From Phoronis australis (taxonomy: Eukaryota; Animalia; Phoronida), in NCBI GenBank assembly GCA_002633005.1, contig NMRA01000137.1, forward strand, positions 372,001-436,000: a stretch of 64,000 nt of DNA. Direction: 5' to 3'. Under the pieces are notes generated by a model that saw only the letters and a list, made by a program, of their open reading frames with translations, was not told where the DNA came from and ran no database searches. Each line of letters begins with the position of its first letter. The stretch's first letter is position 1. The position numbers were made by a program, and so were the translations under genes. Of this stretch, positions 13,739-27,619 are shown piece after piece.

Positions 13739-14289
13739 TACTTTGAAACTGATAGATTGCTAATGAGTCAAATGGTTACACGTGAATTAACTTATCCTAT
13801 TTATAATAAATTCTGCTGCGTGTCATCTGCTTTTGTGAATATTACAGTGTCGATTTTTGCTTCGAATAGTAGATAATAAAATAAATCTAAGACTGAATGT
13901 CATGCGACTTCATGCCAACTTTGATCTGCGGGATTAAACATGAAATCTGTGGAATCCTTAATTTGCCTTTCACATTGTACTGTACTTTAAAATTTCTAAC
14001 TACATTTACATGTAACTAAATATTAACTCCGCCAGATTTCGGCCTCATTGCTCAAACCTATTCAAAATGATCGATTTTTGTTACAGCGTAAAGTTTTAAA
14101 TTAGATTATTTCTTTCCTTTAATTATATAGACTAGTCAATCCTGTTTAAATATTTAAAAGGCACAGCTGTCGTTTTCAATTAATAAACAAGTGTCGAAGC
14201 GTAATCTGGGCTGTGTCTTTCTGAGGGCCACATAGTAGCGACCAGTGTCCAGATGCATGAACAGATGTAATATTGTTCTATCTTATAAT

Positions 14290-14553
14290 ATAACTAAAAA
14301 CCTAGTCCCAAATTCAGTGGAAATGAATAGTAAATTAGTCTTTTATATAAATTACACTGTAGGGGCGTTCCATGAAAAGATGCCTAACTGGGAATTCAAC
14401 GTAGCGTCCATTCTTGGTTAATACAGCCAAAATTGACTTAATGATTAAACTGAAAAAAGACAATCGGCGTTTTCACAAGTCCACAAATACGCAATAGATT
14501 TAGGCAACTTAGTTGGGTCCCTATTTTGGACTGTTTCATGCAACAGGACACTG
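14290..14553 (+). repeat. Dispersed MITE-like repeat (related copy ~54400-54660)
   Basis: Shared blocks aggRgcgtYScatgaaMagat, ttttcacaagtcca, tagatttagg, tagttgRgtcMct, ggactg in the same order. Confidence 0.6.
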
Positions 14554-15854
14554 GGATGGCCACAAATATAAGAGCATATTGGATTGCAATTTAGTCTAAA
14601 CTAAATCAGTCCATGTACTTTTATTCATAATTATTCAGTGAGCTGTACCCAGCTTAATGTTTAAAGAACTTTCGTCGCTAATGCGGCATACTGTAAGTCA
14701 TGAAATCAAGGAAAATTGGTTTCAAAAATATCTTACAATTAAAGCAAATGCGTTGTACTACATTGGCAAATCAAAAGTTTAATTGAAATTTGTACGAGGC
14801 AGAAGTGAAATAGTTGGCCCACCTGAGTCATAGCAGGCGGCTCTACGAAGACACTCATTGTACTTGTCAACGGTCATTGTTTGGATGAAAATAATTTCCT
14901 ACAATTAAGAAGGGTTTGAGGTATATTGTGCGTGGTTGAGTTGTCTTATATATTAGGTGAGTTTCAGGTGGCGATCTAGTAAAGGATGTCCCTGTATTGC
15001 TTAATTCGACCCCCCCCCCATTGCTTCGCAGAACGCCACACGATGGTCCCTATTTTGAGATTTTCAAACAAAACCTACAAACCTGTTACATAGCTTGTGA
15101 TCAGTAAGTCGAAATTTCAATGTTTTGTTTATGCTCGTGCCGGCAAACACACTTCGTTAATTCTGGCCCGGATGTGACGCCAGATATCGCGTGACGCGTA
15201 GTCTGACTTATGCCAAAATAACTATCTTACCGTGACATTATGGGAAACGCAAAGGTTTGTGATGTATTTATAAACACAAAACACTGATTGTATACCTTTG
15301 ATAAGTTCACTAATCAATCGATTTTTTGTTATTTTGGTATTTGAATGTGGCAAACAGTAATACAGACTGAAAATAAGAATACTGAAGTATTGATCAACTT
15401 TAAATGAAACGGCATTTAGAGTTGTACATGCAGAGACCGGTGTTTCTTAAGCATTACTTATGTACCTATGGCCTTCCCAAAGTGGGCTTGTGGAGTAGTA
15501 AACGTGTGCAATGGTAAATGTTGCGACGCAGCAGGTTCTGATCAGTAATTTATTTTATAATTGTTGAACAATCAGGAAAACTTGATATCGTCAAATTTGC
15601 ACAAAGCTTGGCAAAAGGTGTTAATTTCACAAATGCTTGAAAAAATTACACCATTTTTTCATTTCATTTTATAAGATGAGGTAGTTGCAGCAATTCCTTT
15701 CTGACCAGAAATGCATCCGGTTTCAGTTACACAAAAACGGAAATTGCGCGCTCATCCTTCGGCAAAATCCGACTACTAACGTAAAGGAAAGTGAGAATTT
15801 AGTAAAGAGGACTAGCTAAATGCTGTCAGAAGGCAGAAGAAAAGTGATCCACAT

Positions 15855-15920
15855 TGTCTTCCAACGGTAGAGCTTTCACCTGACACAGCGGAAAAAGAGG
15901 GTTCGATTCCGCGCTGCTAC
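15855..15920 (+). repeat. Degenerate tRNA-derived sequence (SINE head or tRNA pseudogene)
   Basis: A-box-like caacggtagagc and B-box ggttcgattcc at tRNA-like spacing; no intact cloverleaf. Confidence 0.5.
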
Positions 15921-16794
15921 TAATTTCTGTAAAGAACCTTTAATACTTAACTATCGTTAAATTGTAGTGCTTTTTTCTACAGTGCACAACTTCTCCATTT
16001 TTACTGTGTCTATCCGATCGTTAGGACGACGTCAGTGACTGAATACATGTGCGACCTGCCAAATTAGAATCTTGATATAACAATAAAAACAAAGGTCCTT
16101 ACGTAACATTTTCATTAATTTTGTATCGGGTGCTATTGTACTATATTTATTGCATTATTCAGGGGATTATCGGTGAACGGCTTATAATTCGAATTTTCTA
16201 CCTAGATTAAATACCATGTTTCGAATGTGACATATCTATTAGCTTTGACCGATTTCAACCGATTTTCTGCGAATTTTGAGGTGACCGTCTATCCTGTTTA
16301 CACCGGCGCCGATGTCTTGTCCGGTTTACCATTTCACAAAAATAGTTAAAGGGCGGGTCTCACTAGAATTAACCCATTTTAATGCAGATTACGAATAGGA
16401 CGTGTACATGTATATTGGGATTGCACACAGAGTTTGTTCATTTGGTTATTTAGACATGATATAAACTCCAATTGATCGAGTCTAATCGCTCTACTGCGGA
16501 TCATTTCATACATTTTAACTCTTTGGGCTTGAGGTGCGAGACCGTTCTTTGTTTTTACGAAAGAATAAACAGATTTCAAACTTTTTGAAAGTCTGCATGG
16601 TTAGAATAGAACAACATTAAGAATACATCTCCCGTTACATTTGCCCATGTAGAACACAGACGAGTTCCGTCACTCGAAAGATATCATTAAAGTATAAATA
16701 TTTCGTAACTTTCATCCCAGCTTTACTGTTATTTGTTAAAGATTTTGAAAAAAAGGACCAGGTTTCCGCGTTCCGCTTAAACTTTATGTGATTA

Positions 16795-17003
16795 TCCATT
16801 ATGCATGAGTCAGCTGCCGCTCATCATAGCCGCCATTTTAGATGGTGTCATACTACCAAAAAATAATCGTTTAACTACAAAAGCATTGAATTTTTTAAGT
16901 TTGAAAATATTTGGACTTGTGTTGAATGACCATCATTTTGGCTTAAGTCTCGAGAGAACTTACTTATTACGTTTTTAACTAAAATGGAGCGGAAAGGGCA
17001 TCT
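16795..17003 (+). repeat. Partial copy (right half) of the TTAA MITE family at 35076-35483
   Basis: atgcaYgagtcagctgYc...gccattttagRtgg...taagtttgaaaat...gtttttaacta is shared with 35259-35483; ends at TTAA 17004-17007. Confidence 0.65.
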
Positions 17004-17186
17004 TTAAATAAGTTCTAAACTTTTCGAAGATGGTATTCAGACGCGATCGCAATTTTGTTTCTAATATTGAGTACGTCCACCGATGCAACAACCTACACAT
17101 TCACGTGATAAGACAGAGACATAAATATTAACCTTTTTGTCTGTGACACGGTTTAGTTCAAGTCTCTAAATAACTCCTCGACTTGG

Positions 17187-17343
17187 CAGTGGCGGATTTA
17201 AGGTGGGGGGCAAGGAGGTCATGTCCCCCTAAAATTCTCCCAGATTCCATTTGACTGTTAGGGGGTGCGAATGTCTGTCGAGCAAAATCCTGGCAAATAC
17301 TCTGCCCTGGCCCCCCTAACTCAAAACCGTGGACCCGCCCCTG
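17187..17343. mobile_element. MITE, CAG...CTG termini, 5-bp TSD CTTGG (hAT5-like)
   Basis: TIR cagtggcgga / cccgcccctg; perfect direct repeat cttgg at 17182-17186 and 17344-17348. Confidence 0.75.
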
Positions 17344-20300
17344 CTTGGTTAAAGTGACATTTGTGTCCGTTCAAAAACGAGCTTTTCCATCTCCAATCTA
17401 CGCTAAATGAAGTAAGCCGTAGTGACTACATTGATTATAATTTCTAGCAATTTTGCTGAATTACGTATTACTGCTTTATAGCTGTATTCAAACTGAGACA
17501 CTTTCCTATGCGTCAACATGTCAAGATCTATTCCTCCAACATAATGTCTCCAGCTTCAGACTCGGCGGCGGGCGCGCGAAACTGAATCAAGGCATGTTAA
17601 TATTCATCTACGATGTTTTTAAGTGAAAACAAGCACCACTTCGCTCACTTTCTGGATTGATTAGGGTCACATAGTCTCCAAGTCACTTTTCCATGCTTGG
17701 TACACCTATTAAACCTAGGCTCTGTGCTGACTAGTATCCGAAAAATAACATCCGAAATCACTAAATCGATCTGCTATTGAAGAACAATTTCTGTATATCT
17801 GGATGATTTGAGCGCAATGCATTCTGGGCAGAATACAACTATTATACCCACTTTCCTTCTTACGAAGTGAAATACTAAGAATTGCTCAAACTATTTTGCA
17901 AAGCTTTGCAAGGTCTTTTACGAAGCATCAAATACTTGACTTGTGGTCGTAATTATTCCGCTGTTGAACGAGACCAGGGCTGCAATTTGTAGAGCCAAAC
18001 ATTTGCACTCATTTGTGGTCAGAAGTTTTCCCAACGGAAACAATAAACTCTATCCCATAATTCAACATCTTAACCTCACCGACCAATCACGTCTGAGGCC
18101 GTCGCTAGTAGCCTAAGCTCTCGATCATACTCGCGTGTTACTCGCGTCTCCGGAACGTTTTCTGTTCAAACACTTGCGATTATTTGAAGAATGGCTAATA
18201 CCATTAAACGCGTTCTGCAAACAATGGAGCTGGTCAATAACTAGGGTTTTTATGTCATTGATATTTTGCTGAGTTCGTTTGCATTTACGTAAATAAGTCC
18301 TGTTGATCCGTGAGCCGTTCATGAGTTAAATTGTATTCATGTCACCCATAGAACATCGATATACGGACTACAATAAACACCGAGAGCAAACAAACACCAG
18401 TAGGGCACAAAGAGGCTGTGTATGTTTGTGGATGTTTGCTTATAGCGTTCACTTGTTATCTGTCTTGTCTATTGAGTCAACACCTGATCAAAATTAGTCA
18501 AACGAATTAAAGCACATGTTCCAGTCTTGATTGGCTCTCAGAGCGTGCTCCAAATGTGTCCTCGACACGTGTTAGTGTTAAACTGGCGCTCTGTTTCAGG
18601 ATAATGTTGTTCCATTGAAGACGCTCATATACAGGACGGGACAAAGAAGAAAGTTGTAACTCGGTGTCAGTTACGGGCGTTTGTTGACAGACTGAGGTAT
18701 GTTAAAATGTCATTGTTAACAGAAACAAGTAACAAAAAATCACAGGCTAAATTATGAACAAAAAGATTGACTAAATTGGTTCCTTTGCCTGCTTGCCCGG
18801 AGCTGTTTAATTTATTTTTTAGTTGTTGTAAAGGTTAAGCCGTAAACGATAAACGTTGACGTTGCAGTACAATACATCAATGTATTAGCCTACCCCTGCC
18901 TCTGGTTTGGATATTGGTCTTTGTAATTGAGTGACAGAAGTGACAGGTAAGGCTTAATGAAGTCTTTGGAAATTTGTCTCTGAAGCTTTGTCGTTCTTTA
19001 TCGTGCACGGAGTAATGATTTGAAAAGGGAAAGCAACGCCTTCCTTCAAGCCGTTGTTATTACACGTCACGGAGTTCGCGGTGCACGTCTTTATTCAACA
19101 ATGAAGCTGACCCTATTGAGTTTTAGCAGTTAATGGTCCGTGGTTGAGTCGAATAAAACAATGGAAATTAGAAAGTTTAACCAGAAAAGTCATGTCAAAG
19201 CGGCTTGGTTCACTCAATATTTCACGACCCTTATTTGCTCATGGAGGAGAATATAAAAAACATCGGTTTCTTAAAGTTCTTCTCGATGCGGGTGTCTAAC
19301 ACGCATTTTGCATTCAGACCTTCATGAAGGGTACTGCAATCATCGTTTTCAGGCAAATACCTTTTTACCATACACCGACTTTGTTAGATTATAAGGTTTT
19401 GAGAGAGCATGTGACTTGTGTAAAGTCTGAAAATGTCATAGATCAAAAACAAAGATTGGCGATTTAACGTTCGACCGAAATTCAAACAGTGATCGAAAAC
19501 TGACAATGCCTGAGTCAAGCCATTTCGGTCGATCAGCTGACTTCATTCTCGCACCGGTACATGTATTTCACTCGATTGTTGTCACTTTTTCCACGGCTCG
19601 TCGGCTGCATGGATTTGGGTTTTCGGAGGCAAACGACTTCGCTGAAGGGTGCATCTAAATTTGGTTTCCAAAATGCGTAAGGCGTACCTCCTTAGCAAAA
19701 CTAGGTGATGTTTTAATGGAAAATTGTGTTTAAGATTCGTTTATCATTTACAAGAAAATTGTATGCTGAATCGAAATACTGTTCCACGTCGTCCCAGCCC
19801 TTTTGAGAAAGTCAAATTCGAAGTGTGGACACGTACTGTGCTGTCATCAAGCCAGACGGTTGGCGTGGCTGTGCTTGTGTACAAAGGAACGATGGCATTG
19901 AAGTGATAAACGTTATTTTAATTAAACATTTTACTATGTGTACAGGTAATCTTTGTTAATACGATTACCTTAGGGAAACATGGGTTGGTTTAACCTTGAC
20001 TTATTTCACAAACCATGTACACAGATTTGGCACTTTAATAATTCAAAACCACTGTACCACATTCGCTGCAATTTAAGAGGATCTATTATTTATCGACGTA
20101 AACAACTCGTCCTTTGCGTTACAAATGTAATAACTCTCGTTTCATTTTGCTCAGATTTTGCTAGAAGTGGATGTTTTCAATATTCATTTTAAAACAATAA
20201 GTGTGGATGGACATAATTTGTACATGAGAGACGCCTGGTAATTTGGTTTTGGTCTTTAGGATATATGTCGAGCTGTAAGAGAAAACCGTTTTAAGAAAAA

Positions 20301-23300
20301 CAATTGTTCCGAAGTAAATGTGCCACAAGGTTTGGTTCACAGCGGTTCAATGTTCTTGCGAGGTGACTTTAGTTTGAAATGCTAAAGGTGCATTTATTTC
20401 CTTTTACGACATCGGTGAAATCACGAAATTAGCTCTCGCAAAAGACTTGCGAAAGAATTTGAAAAATAAACTTCCATTGTCTTGGAATGGTCAAATTTTG
20501 GACGAGTTGGTGGCGAATTTGATCAAAAAAACGATTATTTTGACAGTTTTTATACTTGCTGACACCCTGAATGGCAAGTTTGGGTAGAAAAATAATGTTG
20601 TCATTGTTTTGAAATGTTTAAAAATCGTTGTCTTTGACCTGTTTTATCAATTGCACTGTCATAATGAGAGAAATGACCAATTAAACGACTGTAAGGGTGA
20701 CGTTCATTTATGAAACAGTAATAACAAGGACCTAAAGATAAACCAAATTTCTTTATTAAAAGTAACTTAAATCTTGACTCAAGACTAATAACTATTTCTG
20801 AAAGGGGGATTCAATCTCACTCAACCAAAAACGCAAAAGTCTCAGAAAACACATACATAACTGCTAGTGACTGAGTTACTTTCTATCAATTATTTCTAGG
20901 CTGTAATGAACTCGTAATTAATTAGCGACACCTTTAGTCAACAATATGAAGTTGGAGCATACGATCAAATTTTTCTGTCAAAAGTCTTTTAAGACTTAAA
21001 AGTCGCTTGTCATGAAACGGACCCCGGCCTCCTTAACGTTTGAAACGTAAGCTGTAAACCTGTACACAGTAAATCATCAACACCACGCCTCGTTTTCTGA
21101 CTACCCTATTTCTTTCAAGAACAATTTCTCATCCTACGAGAAAAGCCCAAAAGATAAACGTTAATTGCAAACTATCAATCTTTTCCTGTTGAACACATTT
21201 GCTGTACTTCTACAGGTCATGTATATTTGAGTATGTTTGGGTCTGGGGACTCAGGCAGTATACTTATTTTTATAATAGGAAAAACGAGCACTTAAAGATT
21301 ATAAAGGACTCCACTCTACATATTTTTGCCAATTGTGCGTTTTCTACTTCATTTCACTTGCCACGTCCAAATACATGCATCAAACCCCAAAATTATGCTT
21401 ATTAGTGGACCTTTTAAATGTTGACAATCAGCGTTTTGATGCCTTTTGATTTCACAAATACCACGAACCCACTTGTTGTGTTACCCACAATCAGGTGAGG
21501 TAGCAATTTTGATTGATGTCAGATTGGACACCACGTGATCTGACATCCCAAACGGCTTGGAATCAACGGGCACGGTGCGAATGAAAGTAAACAACATCGA
21601 AATTTCCTTTGCTACTCGCGGGCTGTTTCATAAAGAGCAGTTGTTGGGTTATCTCGAGAAATGGGATAAACTTAGCGTCATTTATTGCTGGAAACGAAAT
21701 CAATTGATTATATTGACCTCATGTCAAATAGGCCGTGAATTCCTTTACACATAAAATTCGGAACGACTGCCCCATACGCAACACGTGGATTGTATAGCTA
21801 GATGAATGAGTTGCTATTCTGGTCCCTTGAAAACAGTTTGAATTGGTTAACCTTGATTTCCGATTCCCTGTCCCCATTGAACCGTCGTTTCTCCCAGCTG
21901 GTGGTGACTTAGATTAGCCGTAGCTAAAGGGATATTCAGTCAGATTTGACAACTATTGCCGTTGCTTTCGTTCGTCTTGCCTTAGGCATACAAACACGCT
22001 CAACCGTGAGCGCACGTGTATTTTGTTATCTGAATATTTATAGTTTGTTTTAGACAACATTCTCAAGACGTTTTTATTAATGTTTCGTCTTTGATAATTG
22101 ACGGTCTACATTTCATTCGCTTTTCACATTTAAAAAATTGCATTCGTGTGTGAAGGAAATAATTTTGAAAGCTAACTGCAAATTATCAAAATTATCCCCA
22201 AGTTGTAGAAGAACGCACTGCCCGGATGAATTTTTTTGCAAAGATGGTTCTATTTGATGAAACAGACTGTGTGGTGCGGATTGTGATGACGTCACCTAAG
22301 TATAAGCTTGTTTGGCGGTGTAATTTGTATTAATAGCTCATTAAGATATTTTCCCTTTAATTCAATTTTATCTCATAAATTTTCGATATCAATTTCCAGG
22401 TTGTACAATTTTCCAAGATGTTTGTGACTAAAGGGTGGCTATAGGCTAGTCCGCAAAATGCACTTCATAGCAATTCATGAGTTGACTTGACGCCGTCTCA
22501 GATTCTAAAACTGTGCTATGAGTTAAAATTTTGTTTACCCAATAGCGCGGCTTTTGAGTCACACACATGGACATGCAGCGCCAAGAGTGGATAAGAGGGA
22601 CTGTGTGTCTTCTGCATGGAAACTGCGTCTACTTTGCCAAGGGTAATTGTGTACCACACGGCGGGGGTATGACTCACACTGTGTGATTTTCCTTTCGGTG
22701 TGTTTGGAGTTTCGCAGAGACCCTATCGCAAATTTTAATGAAAAAATATTCGCGTTGTGCAGACCTCATCACTGTTGGAAACAACCGTGCATTAACAACT
22801 ATTACAAATTGCGAGCGAGATTATAAACCGAGTTGTTCTGTTCCCCTGAAATAGTGCCGCTCAGATCATTGCGGTGTAGCACGAGGAGACTTCTGCCACT
22901 AAAAACTTCCTACTGGCACACATATCATGGGAATATTTATTTACACGCCAAGGTCATTTCTTGGTAGTTTTTTTCTATTAACCCACTTTAAATCATCATC
23001 GTTTTTGTTACTGGCCAGCCGTAATGCCCTCATCCGTGACCTCTGCAATTCCGTTGCAGTTGGGTTTATACATGTACGTGTACCCGCCGTCGTGCCTAAA
23101 CTGGCGTTCAGTCGAGTTCCAAAGGTCTCGGGGATCATACAGGTTATTATGTTGACACTTTAAAGTGTTAAACGGAAATGATTTTTAACGCAAACAAATT
23201 TTGACAAACTGTTCTATTCGTAATTTAGTTTAAATTTAGCCGGTGCATCAAAAATAACCAGCGCAGCTACACTTCAGACTCAAGAATGTATGGAAATACC

Positions 23301-23578
23301 TGTGGTTGAAACGTTATTACATATCGGAATTTGCCAACGTTAGTCACAAAAGGAACGTGCCAACAAAAACGATGTACTGACTGCAGTTATGACACAATAT
23401 AATGAAGAAATTTTATCCCGCCTGGCCAATTAGCCTTATTTGAACATTTTCGTAGGGTCCTACGCAACCGTGAATTACAGAATGTTCCAAAAATGTGCTA
23501 CTTTATTATGAAAACACGTACGTCAGCCGTTTCGTGCTATGTTGTTAGTCTGTGACATGTGTGTAGCAAACAAACAAC

Positions 23579-23735
23579 TCATTACTTGCACGAATTCGCC
23601 TTTACGCTTGAAAAGGTGTTGTGTCCAAACTACAAACGATTCTGCATGTTTGGAACACTTGCAATTTCAAATTTACGTCGTTAAAATTGATGGTAAAACG
23701 CGGCATTGTGTCCTTAACAACAACGCGTAGCAACC
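23579..23735 (+). repeat. Dispersed repeat, copy B (see 549-700)
   Basis: Collinear similarity with 549-700. Confidence 0.75.
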
Positions 23736-26700
23736 TTTTTATAGTGCCACGAAAGTATGCGAGTAGTAAATTTTTGGAAAGGAAATTTGTTGCGCAATGC
23801 TGCTGTAGATTCAAAGACGTCAAGGAAGTGGACAGGAAGTGGTGGAGTGTTTATGAACACCCGCGGTTGCAAAAATACCACAATTAGGCAACAAACTGCA
23901 TTTCTTTTCAAGAACAGTCAAGAAAAATTAAAAGTACGTGCATTTTATGATTGCAACGTTGCCTCGCTATGTTGTTGCAAGTTGTTTTCGGAAATAAAAA
24001 GCCAAATCTGGATTTAACGAGAGGAACGACCTCAATTTGTTTCAGTCGATCACGTCCTCAATTCTGACCGGGTGATTTTCGTCTATAAAAGCATCGTTGG
24101 GAATCAGCTTGTTGGAAACCTTGCGCTGTTGGTGTATAGTCATTGTAGTTCAGCACCATCTGTGGGCATGCTGAAAACACCTTTTACAGCTGATGCCATG
24201 GGCTAATGCAAATGGCCACTGATCACTTTTGAGATCATTTAACATTAGTTTACATACATTTCACGTGAAATCCAATGTAACTTGAATTACCGACTAGACG
24301 TCTCGCAAATTTGATAATATTTCGATATCACATGAGCTATGGTCTTTGCTATTCGCTCTTACATTTACATGTACTACATGCATGTGTACGACCACTAAAG
24401 TACCAAAAACTATTTTCCCAGAAAAGTCGGTGCAAAAATGTGATTTATGGCATGTCCTGCCAACTGAGGAGACAAATACAAGGCTTGGCGAAACTCCTTG
24501 TAACAGAGGCCAGCTGTACAGAATCACGTTTGTTTTACATTATTTGTTCCGTGTACCCCAGTGTTAACAAACACCAAAAGTCATAACACTTTTGAAATCA
24601 GACATGAGTATGACGTGATACAAAGTAAGTTCATGTGTGATTGCCGCAGATTTTGCTGTACTCAATGATACAAACTGAGGGCTACTGTCCGGAGTTTCCA
24701 TGAATACGCCTCCGCAAAATGCGTACGATAACCGTTAAACTTTCTTTTTGCGTTTTCATGTGGTTGTCGATTGCGTTGTGGAATATTTTGACAGCATTTT
24801 GAAGCAAACAAATGTACCCATGGACAAGAGTACTTTTCAGAAAACGGGCGCCTATTTTGGAAACTACATTTACAATTCCAACAAAAATCAAAATCTGTCT
24901 TTGTTAGATACATGTAACTTAATTGTACCCATTTTCAAAAAATTCCTGGATATTTTTTTGGCTCGAACCGACCCCACATTTCCGTGATTTTTCATTGATA
25001 CACAAATAAATGGTAACACGTTAAATGCAATTTTTATCCTAGAAAGCGAACCATTATGTCCAGGGTTTTAATTATAAAACAATGACTTACTTAACTAAAA
25101 CATCCTGTTGACCGAAAACACATTGAAATCGTTATGGACCAGTTACGATCGGTTACACATGCAAGTTCCGCGTGAGTAATACAAGCATACGGGTATTTGT
25201 AGTAGTCAAACTATTATGGCTGCCTAACTAATGTGATTGATTGATTAGGTTGGAATGTTGAATTGCGTGACTGAATTAATAAAATATGGAATACAATTCA
25301 GTGTTTCCGTTCCGCAAGCGAAGTGCAAGCTAATGTCCGTTACGGAACGCAGCCCAGGTAAGTAGTCTACGCATTAATACCTTCACAATTGAAGAACAAT
25401 TTGCTTGTTACTTGCGTAGTGCATTAATACTACAAATAAAATGCATTTTATATAAAAGTTGTTACGGTTTTCGAATATGTAAAAGCATAAAATTAGTAAA
25501 GGAAATCATGCCCGTTTCAAACCTGCCTTTAACTTGTCATGGTTGAGACACCGTCCAGTTGTCGGACAGGGTCCCTGAAGGAACGAAGTAGGTCTACAAT
25601 ACTCTACGTTAAAGTTACGATAAGCGTCCTCGGTGATCACAAGGTATTTAATGGGCAGAAACTGAGTGGTCTGACACACCGTTCAGCGCACACAAATATT
25701 GGCTTGAGCGAAGAAACTATCGAATCACGTTGAAACTGCTAATGGACTAAATGACTTGACTCGTGTCTGGGTAGACCATATTTGAGAGCTAACCAGTGTG
25801 AATACTAGCGTTTTTCGGTGGCTGTCGATCAGACATTTCATATTTTGTGACTGGAATCTCGAAATAAAAAACGACGCCAGAAGTTTTACCGTCTCAGTCG
25901 TTGTCAATTTGCGACTGGTCTCTGGTAACAAGTGAGCGCTGCGAAAAAAATGTAAAGGAAGTGTACCGTAAAATCCAGATTCGTGTCCCCTCCTACGGTT
26001 AACGATCAGCCCACATCCTAACTGACGCTGAAACTGTCAGAGCCATCTTTAGGCAGCGATGGTTTAGCCACACCAGTGAATTACATTATCACAGTCGCCC
26101 ACGAGTTGTTACAGATGTTGTATAATAAAATGTCTAGGGCGACGCAACATAGGGGGCTGGGCGGGCTATAGCCCCCTTTTTTCAGTGCTGCTTTGGCCAT
26201 GAATGTGCGGGCTTTTGAATACTTGTAGACACGCCACCTGTCGGCAGCAGCAATTTGTTGTCCTTGGTGCACTCTGCGTGAGACAACTGCGGCTCCTGGA
26301 ACTGATTGGGCTTTTACAATTAATGCTTGGTATGGAAATGTTTCGCGAAAACTTGCGTGAAACTAGTAAACTGGTTTTGAATAGACCCCGGTTTTACACG
26401 ACAGTAAAGTCACGAGGGTGGGCCAGACGTTTAAGTAAACATAAGCATTTGTTATCCACGCCGTCTAATTGCTGAAAAAAATACTCGGATAGTACTAAAT
26501 TACCACTATAGAACGACGACATTCCAAGGAAACGTTTCAGTTTAAGTTCGACGTTTTAGGAGACTATCGTTTTAAAAGCGCAATAAAAGCATGGTTTCTG
26601 ATTAATTTATTTTTGGTTTCTATCACTTACTATTTTAAAATCCACCTCACTTTTCTCTTTACTCAGATTCGAAAATTTTTGTAGACTTGAAAAGAACTGA

Positions 26701-27619
26701 CGTGTCGTTACTTTTTTTCCGACCAGAATCACGGCGTTTTTTTGTCACGGCGGATTAGTTTCTGTATCCAAGACAGCATGGCCGTCACTCGATTTAATTA
26801 ACCTGACTTTCAATTCAAACAAAGGATAAGCCCGAGTAGACATTGTTTTGAAAAAGCAAACAAGCTTTTGCTGGAATTTGAATTTACTTATCTGAAATGA
26901 CATTTTGTTTATGCGTCTCCCAGTAACACCACGTGACCTTACAACAATCAAAATACATGGGCTTGGGAGATTAAGCGTTTAGCCCGACTTAGACAATATG
27001 GTACATGTGTTAAGCTCTTCCATAATAACTCCGTGGGGTTACTACATATAGGCACTAAACTCCGAGGTGCCGGTTGGAAACTTTACATACCGGAAGTACA
27101 GCGCTCCCTGTGTCAGCTATTCTAAAGACAAACCAGGAATCAGAAAAGAACTGTGATTATCTAATCCCATACCAAGTGATCTTTATAAACTTCGAGGCTA
27201 GGCGTAATATCAGAAAAGGTAAGAACCTACTTCCACTTCCTGTTAACAATAAAGAGTTTACCGTTACGCTTCGCTCTAAACTTCGAAAAGGATTCCTTTC
27301 TTCCACCACATCAAACCTTTCTTCAAAATCCACTGATCAAACAGTTTTAACTATGCATTTCGGAGCCATTCATTTTCGTACAAGCCCAATAAAATCCGCA
27401 TGTTAGACAGCATCATTTTAAATCCCCTTGAAAACCAACTATTACAGTAAATGCATATAGTTTCTTTTGAATATAGTTGACCAGAACACTCGGTTTTGTG
27501 AACCCTATTACGCATTGGCAGGCTCTTTTGTTACTACTGCCATCTTGGAGTTAGTAGCTTTGACCGGGCCTTGAAAACATCAACATGTGCTATGTTTTTG
27601 GATTTCATTATGAACAGCC

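Noticed and set aside
15855-15920. Functional tRNA gene (also 61761-61831)
   Set aside because: A and B boxes are present but acceptor and anticodon stems do not pair properly; SINE-like.
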